The position numbers and the translations under genes were made by a program. 55,822 nt of DNA from a virus (lineage: Duplodnaviria; Caudoviricetes): the IMG/VR virus record IMGVR_UViG_3300032322_000568, positions 1-55,822 of that record. One strand, given 5' to 3'. The notes beneath the pieces are model-generated. The model saw only the letters and a program-made list of their open reading frames with translations, was not told the origin of the DNA and ran no database searches. Of the stretch, positions 1 through 9,205 are shown one piece after another. The stretch's first letter is position 1; every line of letters begins with the position of its first letter.

Positions 1-1002
1 ATAAGCACCTGTACCAAATCCAAACGCCGCATTGTTTGGTGCAGTCAGATAATTGCTATTGCTATCAAAATAATTCGACCAATTCGACCCATACGGCGTG
101 AATGTGCCTTGGGTCGTGTTGCCGTTGCGGGTGATCGTGAAGTTGTTGCTTGAGGAGTCTAGGAACGTATTGTTTTGACCACCGTTGGTGCCGTTGCCGT
201 GCAGCAAGAGCGTGGTGTTCTCAAAGTACGGATCAATCGCAGGCCAGAGGTTTTGCTGCTTTAACGATTGATACTGGCTCATGCTGAAGATGCCATTGCC
301 AGCACCTCCCTGTGCAGGGTTGGGTAGCGTCGTGAGCGGGAAAGGATTCTGGGTGCTGACCGTTGCGCTGTTATTCGTTATGGTAAACGGGCTGCTGCTG
401 TTATCAATAAACGTCGCAGACTGACAAGTAAGCAGTTTTGTGTTTGTGATGTTTTGCAAAGCACCAGTGGGTACTGTAATGCTGCTTCCTGAATAAATCC
501 CAGTCCCGTTTATTACACGAACATTAGAGATGTAGCCGGGGAAGTATCCTGTAGCACCTGATCCACCACTGCCCGTTCTTGCACCAATTGTGAAAGGGTC
601 TGCTGAATCAATGCGAGAAGGCATTGAAAACGTGTTAATTCTTACGCCATTTACATAACAACTTGCTGTGCCGCTTGTACAAGACATGGCAAGGTGATAC
701 CACTGCCCTGCGGCAATGGTTGTTGATACATTGCTAGAACTGTATACAAAATACAGTGTAGTGGTGTCAGAATAAAAATTAATTGCTTGGTTAGCAGCAC
801 TTGCTGGCCTGTGTTGGGCTAAAACATTAGCTTCTGATGATGAGGTGTTGTTCCAATACGCCCAGCACTCAACTGTGAAATCTCCCGTGAAGTACCAAGC
901 AGCATTATCCGGCGCACTTAAATAGCTACTTGACCCGTTAAAGTACCCTGAGTACCCGCCCGGAGGGTTGTAGATCAGTCCACCAATATACCTTTGAGTC
1001 AT
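1..1002 (-). CDS. LamG/concanavalin-like repeat tail fibre protein, N-terminal part (runs off window start)
   Basis: Not in ORF track. ATG at 1002 (MTQRYIGGLIYNPPGG). The portions I translated are open down to base 1 and contain GDFTVECW and TTLLLHGNGTNGGQNNTFLDSSSNNFTITRNG, paralogous to 1013..3109. Confidence 0.85.
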   Translation of the reverse strand, partial: MTQRYIGGLIYNPPGGYSGYFNGSSSYLSAPDNAAWYFTGDFTVECWAYWNNTSSSEANVLAQHRPASAANQAINFYSDTTTLYFVYSSSNVSTTIAAGQWYHLAMSCTSGTASCYVNGVRINTFSMPSRIDSADPFTIGARTGSGGSGATGYFPGYISNVRVINGTGIYSGSSITVPTGALQNITNTKLLTCQSATFIDNSSSPFTITNNSATVSTQNPFPLTTLPNPAQGGAGNGIFSMSQYQSLKQQNLWPAIDPYFENTTLLLHGNGTNGGQNNTFLDSSSNNFTITRNGNTTQGTFTPYGSNWSNYFDSNSNYLTAPNNAAFGFGTGAY

Positions 1003-1012
1003 TCTTGGTTCC

Positions 1013-3109
1013 TTATTGGTTTGGCATCCGAGCTATCGGTGGCGTGAAATTAGAGATGTAACGGGCCACGCCTTTAGTGATTCGCAGGTCATCGATGTAG
1101 CCATTTAATGGGGCGGCGTTATCAAAGCCGGACGCAATGGAAATCCTGCCGGGGCAAGTCATTGTTGTTGAGTAGGTAGCCGTTGCAGACTGCACACCAT
1201 TCATATAAATAGCAAGGGTACTACCTGATCTGGCTAAAACAACATGCGTCCAAGTGCTTGCACTTAATGCGGACCCTGCCGTTATTCGGTCAGCATTGCT
1301 TGTAAAAAGAGCCAGCTTGCTGGAAGAGTTGATATAAAAAGCCCATCCAGAATCTGTTCCTGATGACCTAGTATCGATTAACACAATGTTACCGGCTACC
1401 GAATTAGGATAAACCCACATCTCAACCGTAAAGTCGCCCGTGTTAAACGACAACAGGTCCGTTGTTCTTCCTACCAGATAATCTCCGCTGCCATCAAACG
1501 CCATCGACCCCGTGCCGTACTTCACCACGCTGGTGCTGACTTGAGCATTTCCGACCGTTTCCAGATCGTTCATCTGGGCGTTGTCAAAGATCCCTGCGTT
1601 GGTCATGTTGAGCAGTAGTTTGGTATTGGTGATATTTGTCGGCGGTGAAGTTGGAACAGTTATTGACGTATTGCTTACGCCATACACATCAGTGCCGTTT
1701 ACAATCCTTAACCCCGCCATGTACCCGTTAGCATTACTTCCGCCGGTTTGATTTGCAGCGGCATAAATAATATTTCTCGTACTAGGTGGTGTAGGCGTTG
1801 AAGTTGACGTCCCGATGCTTGAGCCATTTACCCAGACGCGGGTGGTAGTTCCATCTCTACCAACAGCAACATGCACCCATTGACTTATTGCTGGTGCCGT
1901 TACACCAATACTGACTAGACTCCCCCCGCCTATACTGAATTGCCACTTGAACGTGGAAGTCTCGATTATCGCTTGATACGCAATTCCATTTGTTGTGTTC
2001 CATGAGTCAACACCGCCACCTTTTGAAAAAAACCACATATCCCCTGTGGCGTTTCTATAAAACCAAAACTCAAAAGTAAAAGTGCCGGTAAGGTTTAACG
2101 CAGATTCCGCCGCTGTTTCAACCGTCAGATAATCCCCACTCCCATCAAAGTACCCACTACCGCCCAGTACGCTTGCACTCCATGTGGTTGGGCCGGGGAA
2201 AGGCTGAAAGGCTTGGACGGAAGGGGTGCCGTAAACCGTGAGGGTGAACGGCGAGGCCGAGTTATCAACAAACCTGTTTGATTGGCAAGTTAAGAGTTGA
2301 GTATTTGTGATTGCTGTAAGAGGTGTGGTGGGAATGGTTAGCGTTGAACTTGACGGCGAATAAACCGAAGAACCTTTTACGACACGCAAATTGCTCATGT
2401 ACCCATTTAGTGCGTTATCTGCGCTATATCTCGCCGCAATATATGAGGTTGTCGGTGATACGTTGTAATTTGTGCTATCCGTTCCTGTAGCAACTCTAGT
2501 GCCGTTTATAAAAATAGCATAGGTAGAACTAGACCTTGTATATACAATATGGGACCATGTATTTGCCGTTAAAGCCGCACCAGTAAACGCAGTGCTTCCT
2601 GTATACCAATCAAGTCGTGTTGGATCTGTACCGTTATTATTTGTTAAAAACGCCCAAGTGCCTGTTTGACTTGAATTTCTTGCGTCAACAAAATAAACAC
2701 TGCCGGGGTTTGCTGGGAATGAATTGATATAAACAAAACACTCAACCGTAAAGTCACCTGTGCCAAACGCAAATGCAGCGCCTGAAGCAAGCGTCAAATA
2801 ATCTCCCGTCCCATCAAAATAATTACTCCAGTACCCGCTCTGCTGAAACGGCGTGAAGGCCCCCTGTGTGGTGTTGCCGTTTCTCGTGATCGTGAAGTTG
2901 TTGCTTGAGGAGTCTTGGAACGTGTTGTTTTGCGCTCCGTTAGTCCCATCACCGTGAAGCAATAGCGTGGTGTAAGGCCAATACTGATCGTTTTGCCAGA
3001 CGTTTTGTGAGGCGTAAGGGATCGTCTGGGCTTGCGTCCAGACACCCGAAGGGTAAGCAGCATTAACCGGAGAGGTGGCAATCAAGCCACCGGGATAGCG
3101 CATCGCCAT
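1013..3109 (-). CDS. LamG-like jellyroll repeat tail fibre / receptor-binding protein (3 domains)
   Basis: Three repeats of FDG.GDYL...G[DT]FT[VF]E..., W.H[IV]...R, GY[MI]..LR[VI]. Start moved to MAMRY behind AAGGAG. Confidence 0.85.
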   Translation of the reverse strand: MAMRYPGGLIATSPVNAAYPSGVWTQAQTIPYASQNVWQNDQYWPYTTLLLHGDGTNGAQNNTFQDSSSNNFTITRNGNTTQGAFTPFQQSGYWSNYFDGTGDYLTLASGAAFAFGTGDFTVECFVYINSFPANPGSVYFVDARNSSQTGTWAFLTNNNGTDPTRLDWYTGSTAFTGAALTANTWSHIVYTRSSSTYAIFINGTRVATGTDSTNYNVSPTTSYIAARYSADNALNGYMSNLRVVKGSSVYSPSSSTLTIPTTPLTAITNTQLLTCQSNRFVDNSASPFTLTVYGTPSVQAFQPFPGPTTWSASVLGGSGYFDGSGDYLTVETAAESALNLTGTFTFEFWFYRNATGDMWFFSKGGGVDSWNTTNGIAYQAIIETSTFKWQFSIGGGSLVSIGVTAPAISQWVHVAVGRDGTTTRVWVNGSSIGTSTSTPTPPSTRNIIYAAANQTGGSNANGYMAGLRIVNGTDVYGVSNTSITVPTSPPTNITNTKLLLNMTNAGIFDNAQMNDLETVGNAQVSTSVVKYGTGSMAFDGSGDYLVGRTTDLLSFNTGDFTVEMWVYPNSVAGNIVLIDTRSSGTDSGWAFYINSSSKLALFTSNADRITAGSALSASTWTHVVLARSGSTLAIYMNGVQSATATYSTTMTCPGRISIASGFDNAAPLNGYIDDLRITKGVARYISNFTPPIARMPNQ

Positions 3110-3119
3110 GCCGCGCTCC

Positions 3120-3524
3120 TTAAGTGATCGCCTCAAACGTCGCTGTGTAAGTCAGGGCTGAAGCTGTCCCCGAAGTCACACCGACTGATTGGTTCTCCGT
3201 CACATAAAAGGAGGTGGTCTTGTCAGTCACAATCAGCGTGGTGTTGGCCGGTACGCTAATTTGATAGGCCATGTAAGACACCACCGTCGCTGATCCGAAC
3301 GTCGCGTTGTTGCCAATCGCCACCGTTGCCGTTGCTGCGCTTGAGGTGGTGTTAGAAACAACGATCTCGGTAACTCGGTTCACCGTGTTCGCTGCCGGAG
3401 TTAAGCCCGTCAGTGCAGTTGTGCCGTTATATGTCCAGTTTGTAGTGGCGGACGTTGTACTAGGAATCACATACGCAGTGTTTCCGTAAATACTCGTGAC
3501 GTTAACAATATTTGGATTTGCCAT
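3120..3524 (-). CDS. virion structural protein (beta-rich, fibre-associated)
   Basis: MANPNIVNVTSIYG start, T/A/V-rich, lies in the fibre cluster. Confidence 0.6.
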   Translation of the reverse strand: MANPNIVNVTSIYGNTAYVIPSTTSATTNWTYNGTTALTGLTPAANTVNRVTEIVVSNTTSSAATATVAIGNNATFGSATVVSYMAYQISVPANTTLIVTDKTTSFYVTENQSVGVTSGTASALTYTATFEAIT

Positions 3525-3533
3525 GATCTATCC

Positions 3534-4016
3534 CTAGAAGCCAAAAATCATCGCCATAGCGATACTTTTACCAGTGGAAATACCTGAAGTTGCCTGGAAG
3601 GTGGGTAATGCTCCAGCACCGTTTGATGTCAGCACATGCCCCGCAGTTCCCGGTCCTGCTGAAGCCTGGAAGTTACCCGTTGCCGTGGTTCCCGTAAACA
3701 CCACGCTATAAGCCGTTGTGGTGGCAAGTCCCGTACCACCGCCTGCCACACCCAACGTGCCAAAACTCAATGTGCCTGAGCCGTCCGTTCTAATGGGCTG
3801 CCCTGCTGAACCATCAGCCGTGGGGTATAGCAAGTTTGCCGGGTTGTTCATCAGCTTGATGACCGTGCCCGAATTGTTCTTGGCAAACAGGATCATCCCG
3901 CCATCGTTGTAGTTGATGGCAAGCTCGCCGGCATTTAAGTTGCCAGCCGAGGGTTGGGTGTTGGATGCCGTGTTAGTCCGGTACAGTTGTATCGGCGTGA
4001 AATTGGTTGCTGGCAT
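3534..4016 (-). CDS. short tail fibre/collar protein
   Basis: N-terminal IQLYR...P...L.AGELAIN motif typical of fibre attachment domains, GGTG repeats. Confidence 0.65.
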   Translation of the reverse strand: MPATNFTPIQLYRTNTASNTQPSAGNLNAGELAINYNDGGMILFAKNNSGTVIKLMNNPANLLYPTADGSAGQPIRTDGSGTLSFGTLGVAGGGTGLATTTAYSVVFTGTTATGNFQASAGPGTAGHVLTSNGAGALPTFQATSGISTGKSIAMAMIFGF

Positions 4017-6220
4017 TAGAAAGTACCTCCGTCAATCGTTGCCCATTCGGGGGCTGAAGCGCCGGCTCTCAGGACATAACCTCGTGTGCCCAATGCCAGA
4101 GTGGATGTCGTTGATGCGCCTGTTTGATATACCAGGGAGCCTGCAGCACCGCCAGCAACATTGGTTGCCGTTGTGGCCGAGCCAGCACTACCGCTGATGT
4201 TAATGGACCAGGTACCTGAAGCGCCAGTGCCATCAGCCTTGGGTGCGCCGACGGTACTGTAGTCAATCGTGCGCGCTACCGAGCCATTAAACGTCGTGCC
4301 AGGCGAAGCGCCACCCGTATTGGTAAAGGTTACCGAGTTGGTTACAGAGCCTGCAGTTGTGGCCGTGCCCACCGTAATCGTTGCCGGGTCAGTCCACTGG
4401 GGCGCTGTACCCGATGACGTCATGATGCGCGTGGATGCGCCAATACCGAGCTTTGACAGCGTCGTGGTGCCCGAGGCGTAAAGGATGTCGCCTGCTGTGT
4501 AGCTCGTGATGTTCGTGCCGCCCGAGGCTACTGGTACCGTGTTGAGCGAGATAACTGTGCCGCTGACTTGGATCGGTGATGAGCCGGTATAAACCTGGGA
4601 CGTGCTGAACTCAGCAAAGGTAATGGCCGTGGTACCAAAGACAATCGTGCCTGCTGTCGTGCAGACATACGATGTGCCCTTGTTTACCGTGCCATTCTGA
4701 ACGAAGAAGTAATCGTTCTCACTTAAGTCATTTGTGCCCGTGCCATAGCTGTCAGCATCAGTTGCACGCGTAAGGATCGTGCCGCCCGTAGCCCAAGTGT
4801 AAATACCGTTATGGGCTTGGTTTGATTCATCCTTAACAAGGATGCGATCGCCATTGACAAGGCTGTAACCATCAAGCGTTGTCAGGGCCACGCCAAGCGT
4901 TAGCGTTGCGCCAACACCCAAGGTGCCGTTGTTATACGTTACAGAGCCACCCGTTTGCGCGGCCAAGGATTGCGTCGTTGCAGCCTGAACGGGTTGATGG
5001 TAAATCAGGCCGGTTGATGCCAGGCCATCAACGTATTGCTTCGTGGCCAGTTGATAGGCGGTTGTGGGATCTTGCGTAACGGCTACCGATGTCAGCCCTG
5101 CCAGGGTGAGACTTGTAGCACCCAAGGCAATGGACGTTGATCCAATGGTGACTGACGTGTTAGTCAGCGAAATAGTCTTGGCAGCCGAGCCGTCATACGT
5201 TGTGCCCGAGTCAAGCTGCAAGCCTGTGCCAACCGTCAGCGCATTCGGGTTGGCCGCGGTAATCGTGCCTGAAGCCCCCAGGGCTACTGTCACGCCGTTG
5301 TAAGTTACCGAGCTATTCGTAAGGCTGGCATTGCTGATGTTGGTGAGCGTATTGCTCGAACCGCTGATGGTTTTGTTGGTCAGCGTTTGTGCATCGGTCA
5401 ACGTAGCAACAACCGTGTTATCGATCGCAATGGTGCCTGTCGAGGTGATTGTGCCGCCTGTAAGGCCCGTGCCTGCAGTGATTGACGTAACACCCGTGCC
5501 GGTTGTAATCGCGCCCCAGGCGCTGTTTGCATAGCCTTCAAACGTGCCTGTTTGCGAGTTGTAGCGCAAGGTTCCGTTTGTTGGTGAGCCAGGGCGATCG
5601 CCTGTAGCACCTGATGGCAGCACAATCCCTTCAAGCCCTGGCACCACCGGATTATCAGCAAGCCCCACCGTGGGATCTGCGCCATTGCCCGTACCATTGG
5701 CCACATCGATTTCGTTGGCCGTGCCTTGTAAGGTCACAATCCCAATGCTGTTGCCACTTGTGCGGGTTAGCAAACCAACGCCAGAGGACTGCGCCAGGTT
5801 CAGCACAATACCTGAAAGCGAGATCGTAGGATCGCCTGCAATGCCGTCGCCATCAGCAACGCTCAGACCTGCCGTTCCAGCCGCAATAGAGCGGCCTGTG
5901 AGCGTTGTTGCGCTGGTCTTGACCTGAATGCCCGTCCCAGCGGCTACGAGGCTTGCAGCGGCTCCTGAGAGGCTTAGAACGAGGGTTAAGCCAGCGCCGT
6001 TATCAGTAAGCGTTAAGCCGTTGCCTGATGTTGTCAGTTGACGTGACTGGCTCAGTGAGCCTTCACTGGTTGCCGTGACAAAGCTGTAGTTGGTGACTGG
6101 CGTTGCAGCAATATCTGCCACCGTCGTTTTGACCGTGCCACCGCCTTGCACGATGGGCACAAGCTCCGTGCCAGTCAGTGCTTGCGCGGTAGGTAGCTGG
6201 GTGATGGTTTGATTGGCCAT
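4016..6220 (-). CDS. tail fibre protein
   Basis: 734 aa G/T/A/S-rich, with QTLTNKTI, ATKQYVD, GDRILVKD..Q..NGIY and terminal IDGGTF fibre motifs. Confidence 0.85.
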   Translation of the reverse strand: MANQTITQLPTAQALTGTELVPIVQGGGTVKTTVADIAATPVTNYSFVTATSEGSLSQSRQLTTSGNGLTLTDNGAGLTLVLSLSGAAASLVAAGTGIQVKTSATTLTGRSIAAGTAGLSVADGDGIAGDPTISLSGIVLNLAQSSGVGLLTRTSGNSIGIVTLQGTANEIDVANGTGNGADPTVGLADNPVVPGLEGIVLPSGATGDRPGSPTNGTLRYNSQTGTFEGYANSAWGAITTGTGVTSITAGTGLTGGTITSTGTIAIDNTVVATLTDAQTLTNKTISGSSNTLTNISNASLTNSSVTYNGVTVALGASGTITAANPNALTVGTGLQLDSGTTYDGSAAKTISLTNTSVTIGSTSIALGATSLTLAGLTSVAVTQDPTTAYQLATKQYVDGLASTGLIYHQPVQAATTQSLAAQTGGSVTYNNGTLGVGATLTLGVALTTLDGYSLVNGDRILVKDESNQAHNGIYTWATGGTILTRATDADSYGTGTNDLSENDYFFVQNGTVNKGTSYVCTTAGTIVFGTTAITFAEFSTSQVYTGSSPIQVSGTVISLNTVPVASGGTNITSYTAGDILYASGTTTLSKLGIGASTRIMTSSGTAPQWTDPATITVGTATTAGSVTNSVTFTNTGGASPGTTFNGSVARTIDYSTVGAPKADGTGASGTWSINISGSAGSATTATNVAGGAAGSLVYQTGASTTSTLALGTRGYVLRAGASAPEWATIDGGTF

Positions 6221-6561
6221 TATGGTGACACCGCTATTCCATCAAGGTTCCCATTGTTCTCAGGCGTCTGGGTGTTGCCTTCCGTCGAGACAATGACATT
6301 TTGCTGATCCGTTGTCACCAGATTATCCTGGATTGCGGCCACCGATACATCAGGCCTTGGAAAGCGCAGGTTGATGCGCTCCGTTTGCCGGGCTGGCAGG
6401 CGATACGGATCTTTCTCGTCTCTGCAATTTTCTTCACACACCATCAGCCCTGGGAAGTTAATGTCAGGTCCCAGCGTGGCGTGAGGGCGCTTCATGCGGC
6501 AACGATCGCAAATACCAATTGCGATGTCGCTGTAGCCCTCCGTGTCAAGAAACATTGGCAT
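6220..6561 (-). CDS. conserved phage protein with CxxC...CxxxC zinc-binding motif
   Basis: CDRC and CEENC, coupled to both neighbours. Confidence 0.65.
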   Translation of the reverse strand: MPMFLDTEGYSDIAIGICDRCRMKRPHATLGPDINFPGLMVCEENCRDEKDPYRLPARQTERINLRFPRPDVSVAAIQDNLVTTDQQNVIVSTEGNTQTPENNGNLDGIAVSP

Positions 6562-7631
6562 TATTTTGTGTAAACCGAGATGTTGGGGGCAAAGTAAATC
6601 GGGCTGCGATCGCGCTCTTCAGCCTCAGCCAGTGCCAGGTACTTGCCAGCCTGATCCTCGAGGTATTTGATGCGCTCCATGGGCACAGCAGGTAATTCCA
6701 TGCTCAATTGGTGCGCCAACATGCCAATCGTGGCCAGATACCACCGCTGCGGAATCTGCAATTCATCGGTCAGATCGCCCACATCCATGATTTGCTTGGA
6801 ATACCAGACGGTCATTTGCACATACCACTCATTGGGCACCGGCCAGAGGTAAATTTCAGGCTGTGGGACCGTCCGATTGAACCAAAACTGGTAAGGCTGA
6901 TTGGCCGTAAAGTTTTTGTTGGGCAAATTGGTGTAATCATCACGATTAAGCCTTGCCATTTGGATTTCACGCGAGTTATTGCCCACATAAAACTCACGCA
7001 AGGCTAGTGTCGTGCCGCCAGAGGCCCTTACTCGGTAGTATTGGACGCTCTGACCGGGGTCAATGTCATACCAGGCCCACTTTTTGTCGGTTACAACCAC
7101 TGATCCGATGTCATACAAGGTGTTCCAGGTAATAGCATCGGTCGAATACTCGAGGGTGAGAGTCCATGTGGCACTTCCACCACCAGAAACATAGGGGAGC
7201 AGGCCGATTGACCCAGCATAAATCGGGTTGCTGGTGCCAAAATTGATCGCAATATTGCCATTCGTGCTTGTTTGCAGGCAGTAGGTATCAACATCATCAT
7301 CCCCGGCGTAGGCTGCATTGCCACCAGCGCTGCTCGAGTAGCTGCCAGCAGGCCGTGTCATGGTCCGGTAGAGCACATTCAGTGCGTCATTGGCGCCCAC
7401 TGGCAGGGTGTAAATGTACTTTTCTGGCGTAAGGCCGATGACTTCCTTCTTCACAGCCCAGTATTGGATACCGATGTTGATCAGGTTGGTCAGCGTAAAA
7501 CCCAGCGACTCGCGCGCGGTCAGCAATTGCTCGCTGGTTAGCTCTTCAGCAAGCTTGCCACAGCGTCTTGCCGCGTGGTCAATCAGCGTTTGGACGTTAA
7601 AAACCTGACCGTAGGTATCGGAATAAGACAT
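6561..7631 (-). CDS. head-tail adaptor (tail tubular protein A-like) with inserted discoidin-like beta domain
   Basis: LI..A.RRCG N-terminus, IYLWPVP and IPQRWY adaptor motifs, central LEYSTD..TW...YYRVR insert. Confidence 0.65.
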   Translation of the reverse strand: MSYSDTYGQVFNVQTLIDHAARRCGKLAEELTSEQLLTARESLGFTLTNLINIGIQYWAVKKEVIGLTPEKYIYTLPVGANDALNVLYRTMTRPAGSYSSSAGGNAAYAGDDDVDTYCLQTSTNGNIAINFGTSNPIYAGSIGLLPYVSGGGSATWTLTLEYSTDAITWNTLYDIGSVVVTDKKWAWYDIDPGQSVQYYRVRASGGTTLALREFYVGNNSREIQMARLNRDDYTNLPNKNFTANQPYQFWFNRTVPQPEIYLWPVPNEWYVQMTVWYSKQIMDVGDLTDELQIPQRWYLATIGMLAHQLSMELPAVPMERIKYLEDQAGKYLALAEAEERDRSPIYFAPNISVYTK

Positions 7632-7632
7632 C

Positions 7633-8037
7633 TCACCACCCTGGGCAATTCCAGCGCTTCATTGAAGCCCTGGCTCGAGATCCACGCTCAGACTTGCGAG
7701 CCACTGGACCCATGCGTGCGCAAAATGAATCACGCCTTGGACCTCCTTGGGGCTGTGGAGCCTTCAGGTTTGATCCTGTTTCTCGGTTGTACTTCGCTCT
7801 ACCCTTGGCGGTAAGACCCGCGCCCTGATCTGCCGGAAGCTTCTCACCGCGGCCAATCGCAAGGCTCGGACCGCCGTCTTTAAGCCGTTCAGGAAGTTTT
7901 GCATACGATTTCCCTTTCACGTTGGACTGCGTAAACTCTGCAGCCACATCAGGTCGAATGCCTACTTTCTTGGCAAACTTGGGATTGTTCTCAGCCGCTT
8001 TCATCAGCCGGAACTGCGCTTTAGTCTTGGCAGGCAT
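7633..8037 (-). CDS. basic two-module protein (MPAK..AQ.RLM module + GLTAKGR...SFCARM module)
   Basis: Two recognisable small phage modules joined by an LKDGG linker. Confidence 0.65.
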   Translation of the reverse strand: MPAKTKAQFRLMKAAENNPKFAKKVGIRPDVAAEFTQSNVKGKSYAKLPERLKDGGPSLAIGRGEKLPADQGAGLTAKGRAKYNRETGSNLKAPQPQGGPRRDSFCARMGPVARKSERGSRARASMKRWNCPGW

Positions 8038-8622
8038 TTAAGCTATCTGCCCCATGGTAACAATCAACGAAGGGATGGCCGGGTACGCAGGCGTCACACT
8101 TGATGGCAGTGCCTCAAGCGTTACATCCGTTGATTCAGGCAGCCAAAACAACTGCACATAGTTAGTGGCGTTCAAATCTAAGTAAAAGTTCCAGGCGGCC
8201 ACCGCAAAACCAAAGATGCCTGCATTCTTACGCGCCGGCACCGTAACTTGCGTCGATGAGTTGGCAAGATCTGAACCGTTGACCTTCATCCAAATCGTGA
8301 CAATGTGCTGCTCGTTAGCGACATTCTTGAATTGGGCGCTGAACTGAAAGTTATAAATGCCGTCATTGGGCACCGTAAAACGGCTACTGCTAACCAGGGT
8401 AATGCCATCGGCAATATCCGTAGTGTTGCAAGTCATGGCCGTGCCAGCGGTGGTGCTTCCCGTCTGATCTAGGGTGCTGCTAAAGCCGCCATAAGCTGCG
8501 CCAAAAGCTCTCAAAGAGCTAATGGTTGATCGCACATTCGCGCCACTTTGCACTAACGGCACAAGCTCTGCGCCCGTCAGCGTTGCGGCTGCTGGCATTG
8601 CGCTAATTTTCTGGTCGGCCAT
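8038..8622 (-). CDS. virion structural protein (C1q/TNF-like beta C-terminus)
   Basis: N-terminus KISAMPAA..LTGAELVPLVQ shared with the 4016..6220 fibre, FTVPNDGIYNFQFSAQ motif. Confidence 0.6.
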   Translation of the reverse strand: MADQKISAMPAAATLTGAELVPLVQSGANVRSTISSLRAFGAAYGGFSSTLDQTGSTTAGTAMTCNTTDIADGITLVSSSRFTVPNDGIYNFQFSAQFKNVANEQHIVTIWMKVNGSDLANSSTQVTVPARKNAGIFGFAVAAWNFYLDLNATNYVQLFWLPESTDVTLEALPSSVTPAYPAIPSLIVTMGQIA

Positions 8623-8861
8623 TATGATTGCTCCAAAACAATTTTGCTGCTGTCTTCTTGCAGCACATACCCTGGCGTTGTCTCATCCAGGATATAAAAC
8701 GTGGTTGGCGGAATAGTGCCGTAAGTATCAACTACACCATCATCGCCAACATCAAGGCCGTAGTCAGTGCCTCCGATGACATTTTGGGCACCAACGCCTA
8801 ATGCAAAGCCATCCGAGGTATTGGCTTGGTTGGCAACGCTTGAGTAGCCAACAGGTGCCAT
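8622..8861 (-). CDS. small acidic virion protein
   Basis: Overlapping start/stop coupling, YVLQEDSSKIVLE C-terminus. Confidence 0.5.
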   Translation of the reverse strand: MAPVGYSSVANQANTSDGFALGVGAQNVIGGTDYGLDVGDDGVVDTYGTIPPTTFYILDETTPGYVLQEDSSKIVLEQS

Positions 8862-9163
8862 CAAATACCTGCTTGAACGAGCTTAAGCGTTGCAGTGCCA
8901 GAGCCTGAGTTGACTAGCAGCTTGATGGCCGTCACCGGAAATGCATAGTTGCCATCAGCAGCGGCCACTTCGCCAGCCACCGTGGGATGACTAAACCAGT
9001 TGGAAATGGTGCCTGCAGGGTCGTCAAATGAGTGCTGGACGGTGTAATCAACCGTGCCTGATACCGTGACACCAAAGCCCACATTGAATGGGCTGATGTT
9101 GGTATTCATGACCACGGTGCTACTTGAGCCTGTACCAGTCTTGGATACGGTCACTACCTTCAT
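8861..9163 (-). CDS. small beta-sandwich virion protein
   Basis: RBS GAAGGA, beta-rich composition, head module context. Confidence 0.6.
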   Translation of the reverse strand: MKVVTVSKTGTGSSSTVVMNTNISPFNVGFGVTVSGTVDYTVQHSFDDPAGTISNWFSHPTVAGEVAAADGNYAFPVTAIKLLVNSGSGTATLKLVQAGI

Positions 9164-9185
9164 GATTGTCCTTCAATGTGATGCA

Positions 9186-9200
9186 GGGGCCGAAGCCCCC
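9186..9200 (-). promoter_or_regulatory. GC-rich cUUCGg hairpin without U-tract
   Basis: GGGGGCTTCGGCCCC a few nt after the stop of the 349-aa gene. Confidence 0.6.
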
Positions 9201-9205
9201 GCAAT

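Noticed and set aside
1-3109. Diversity-generating retroelement acting on fibres
   Set aside because: No reverse transcriptase, and differences between repeats are not adenine-specific
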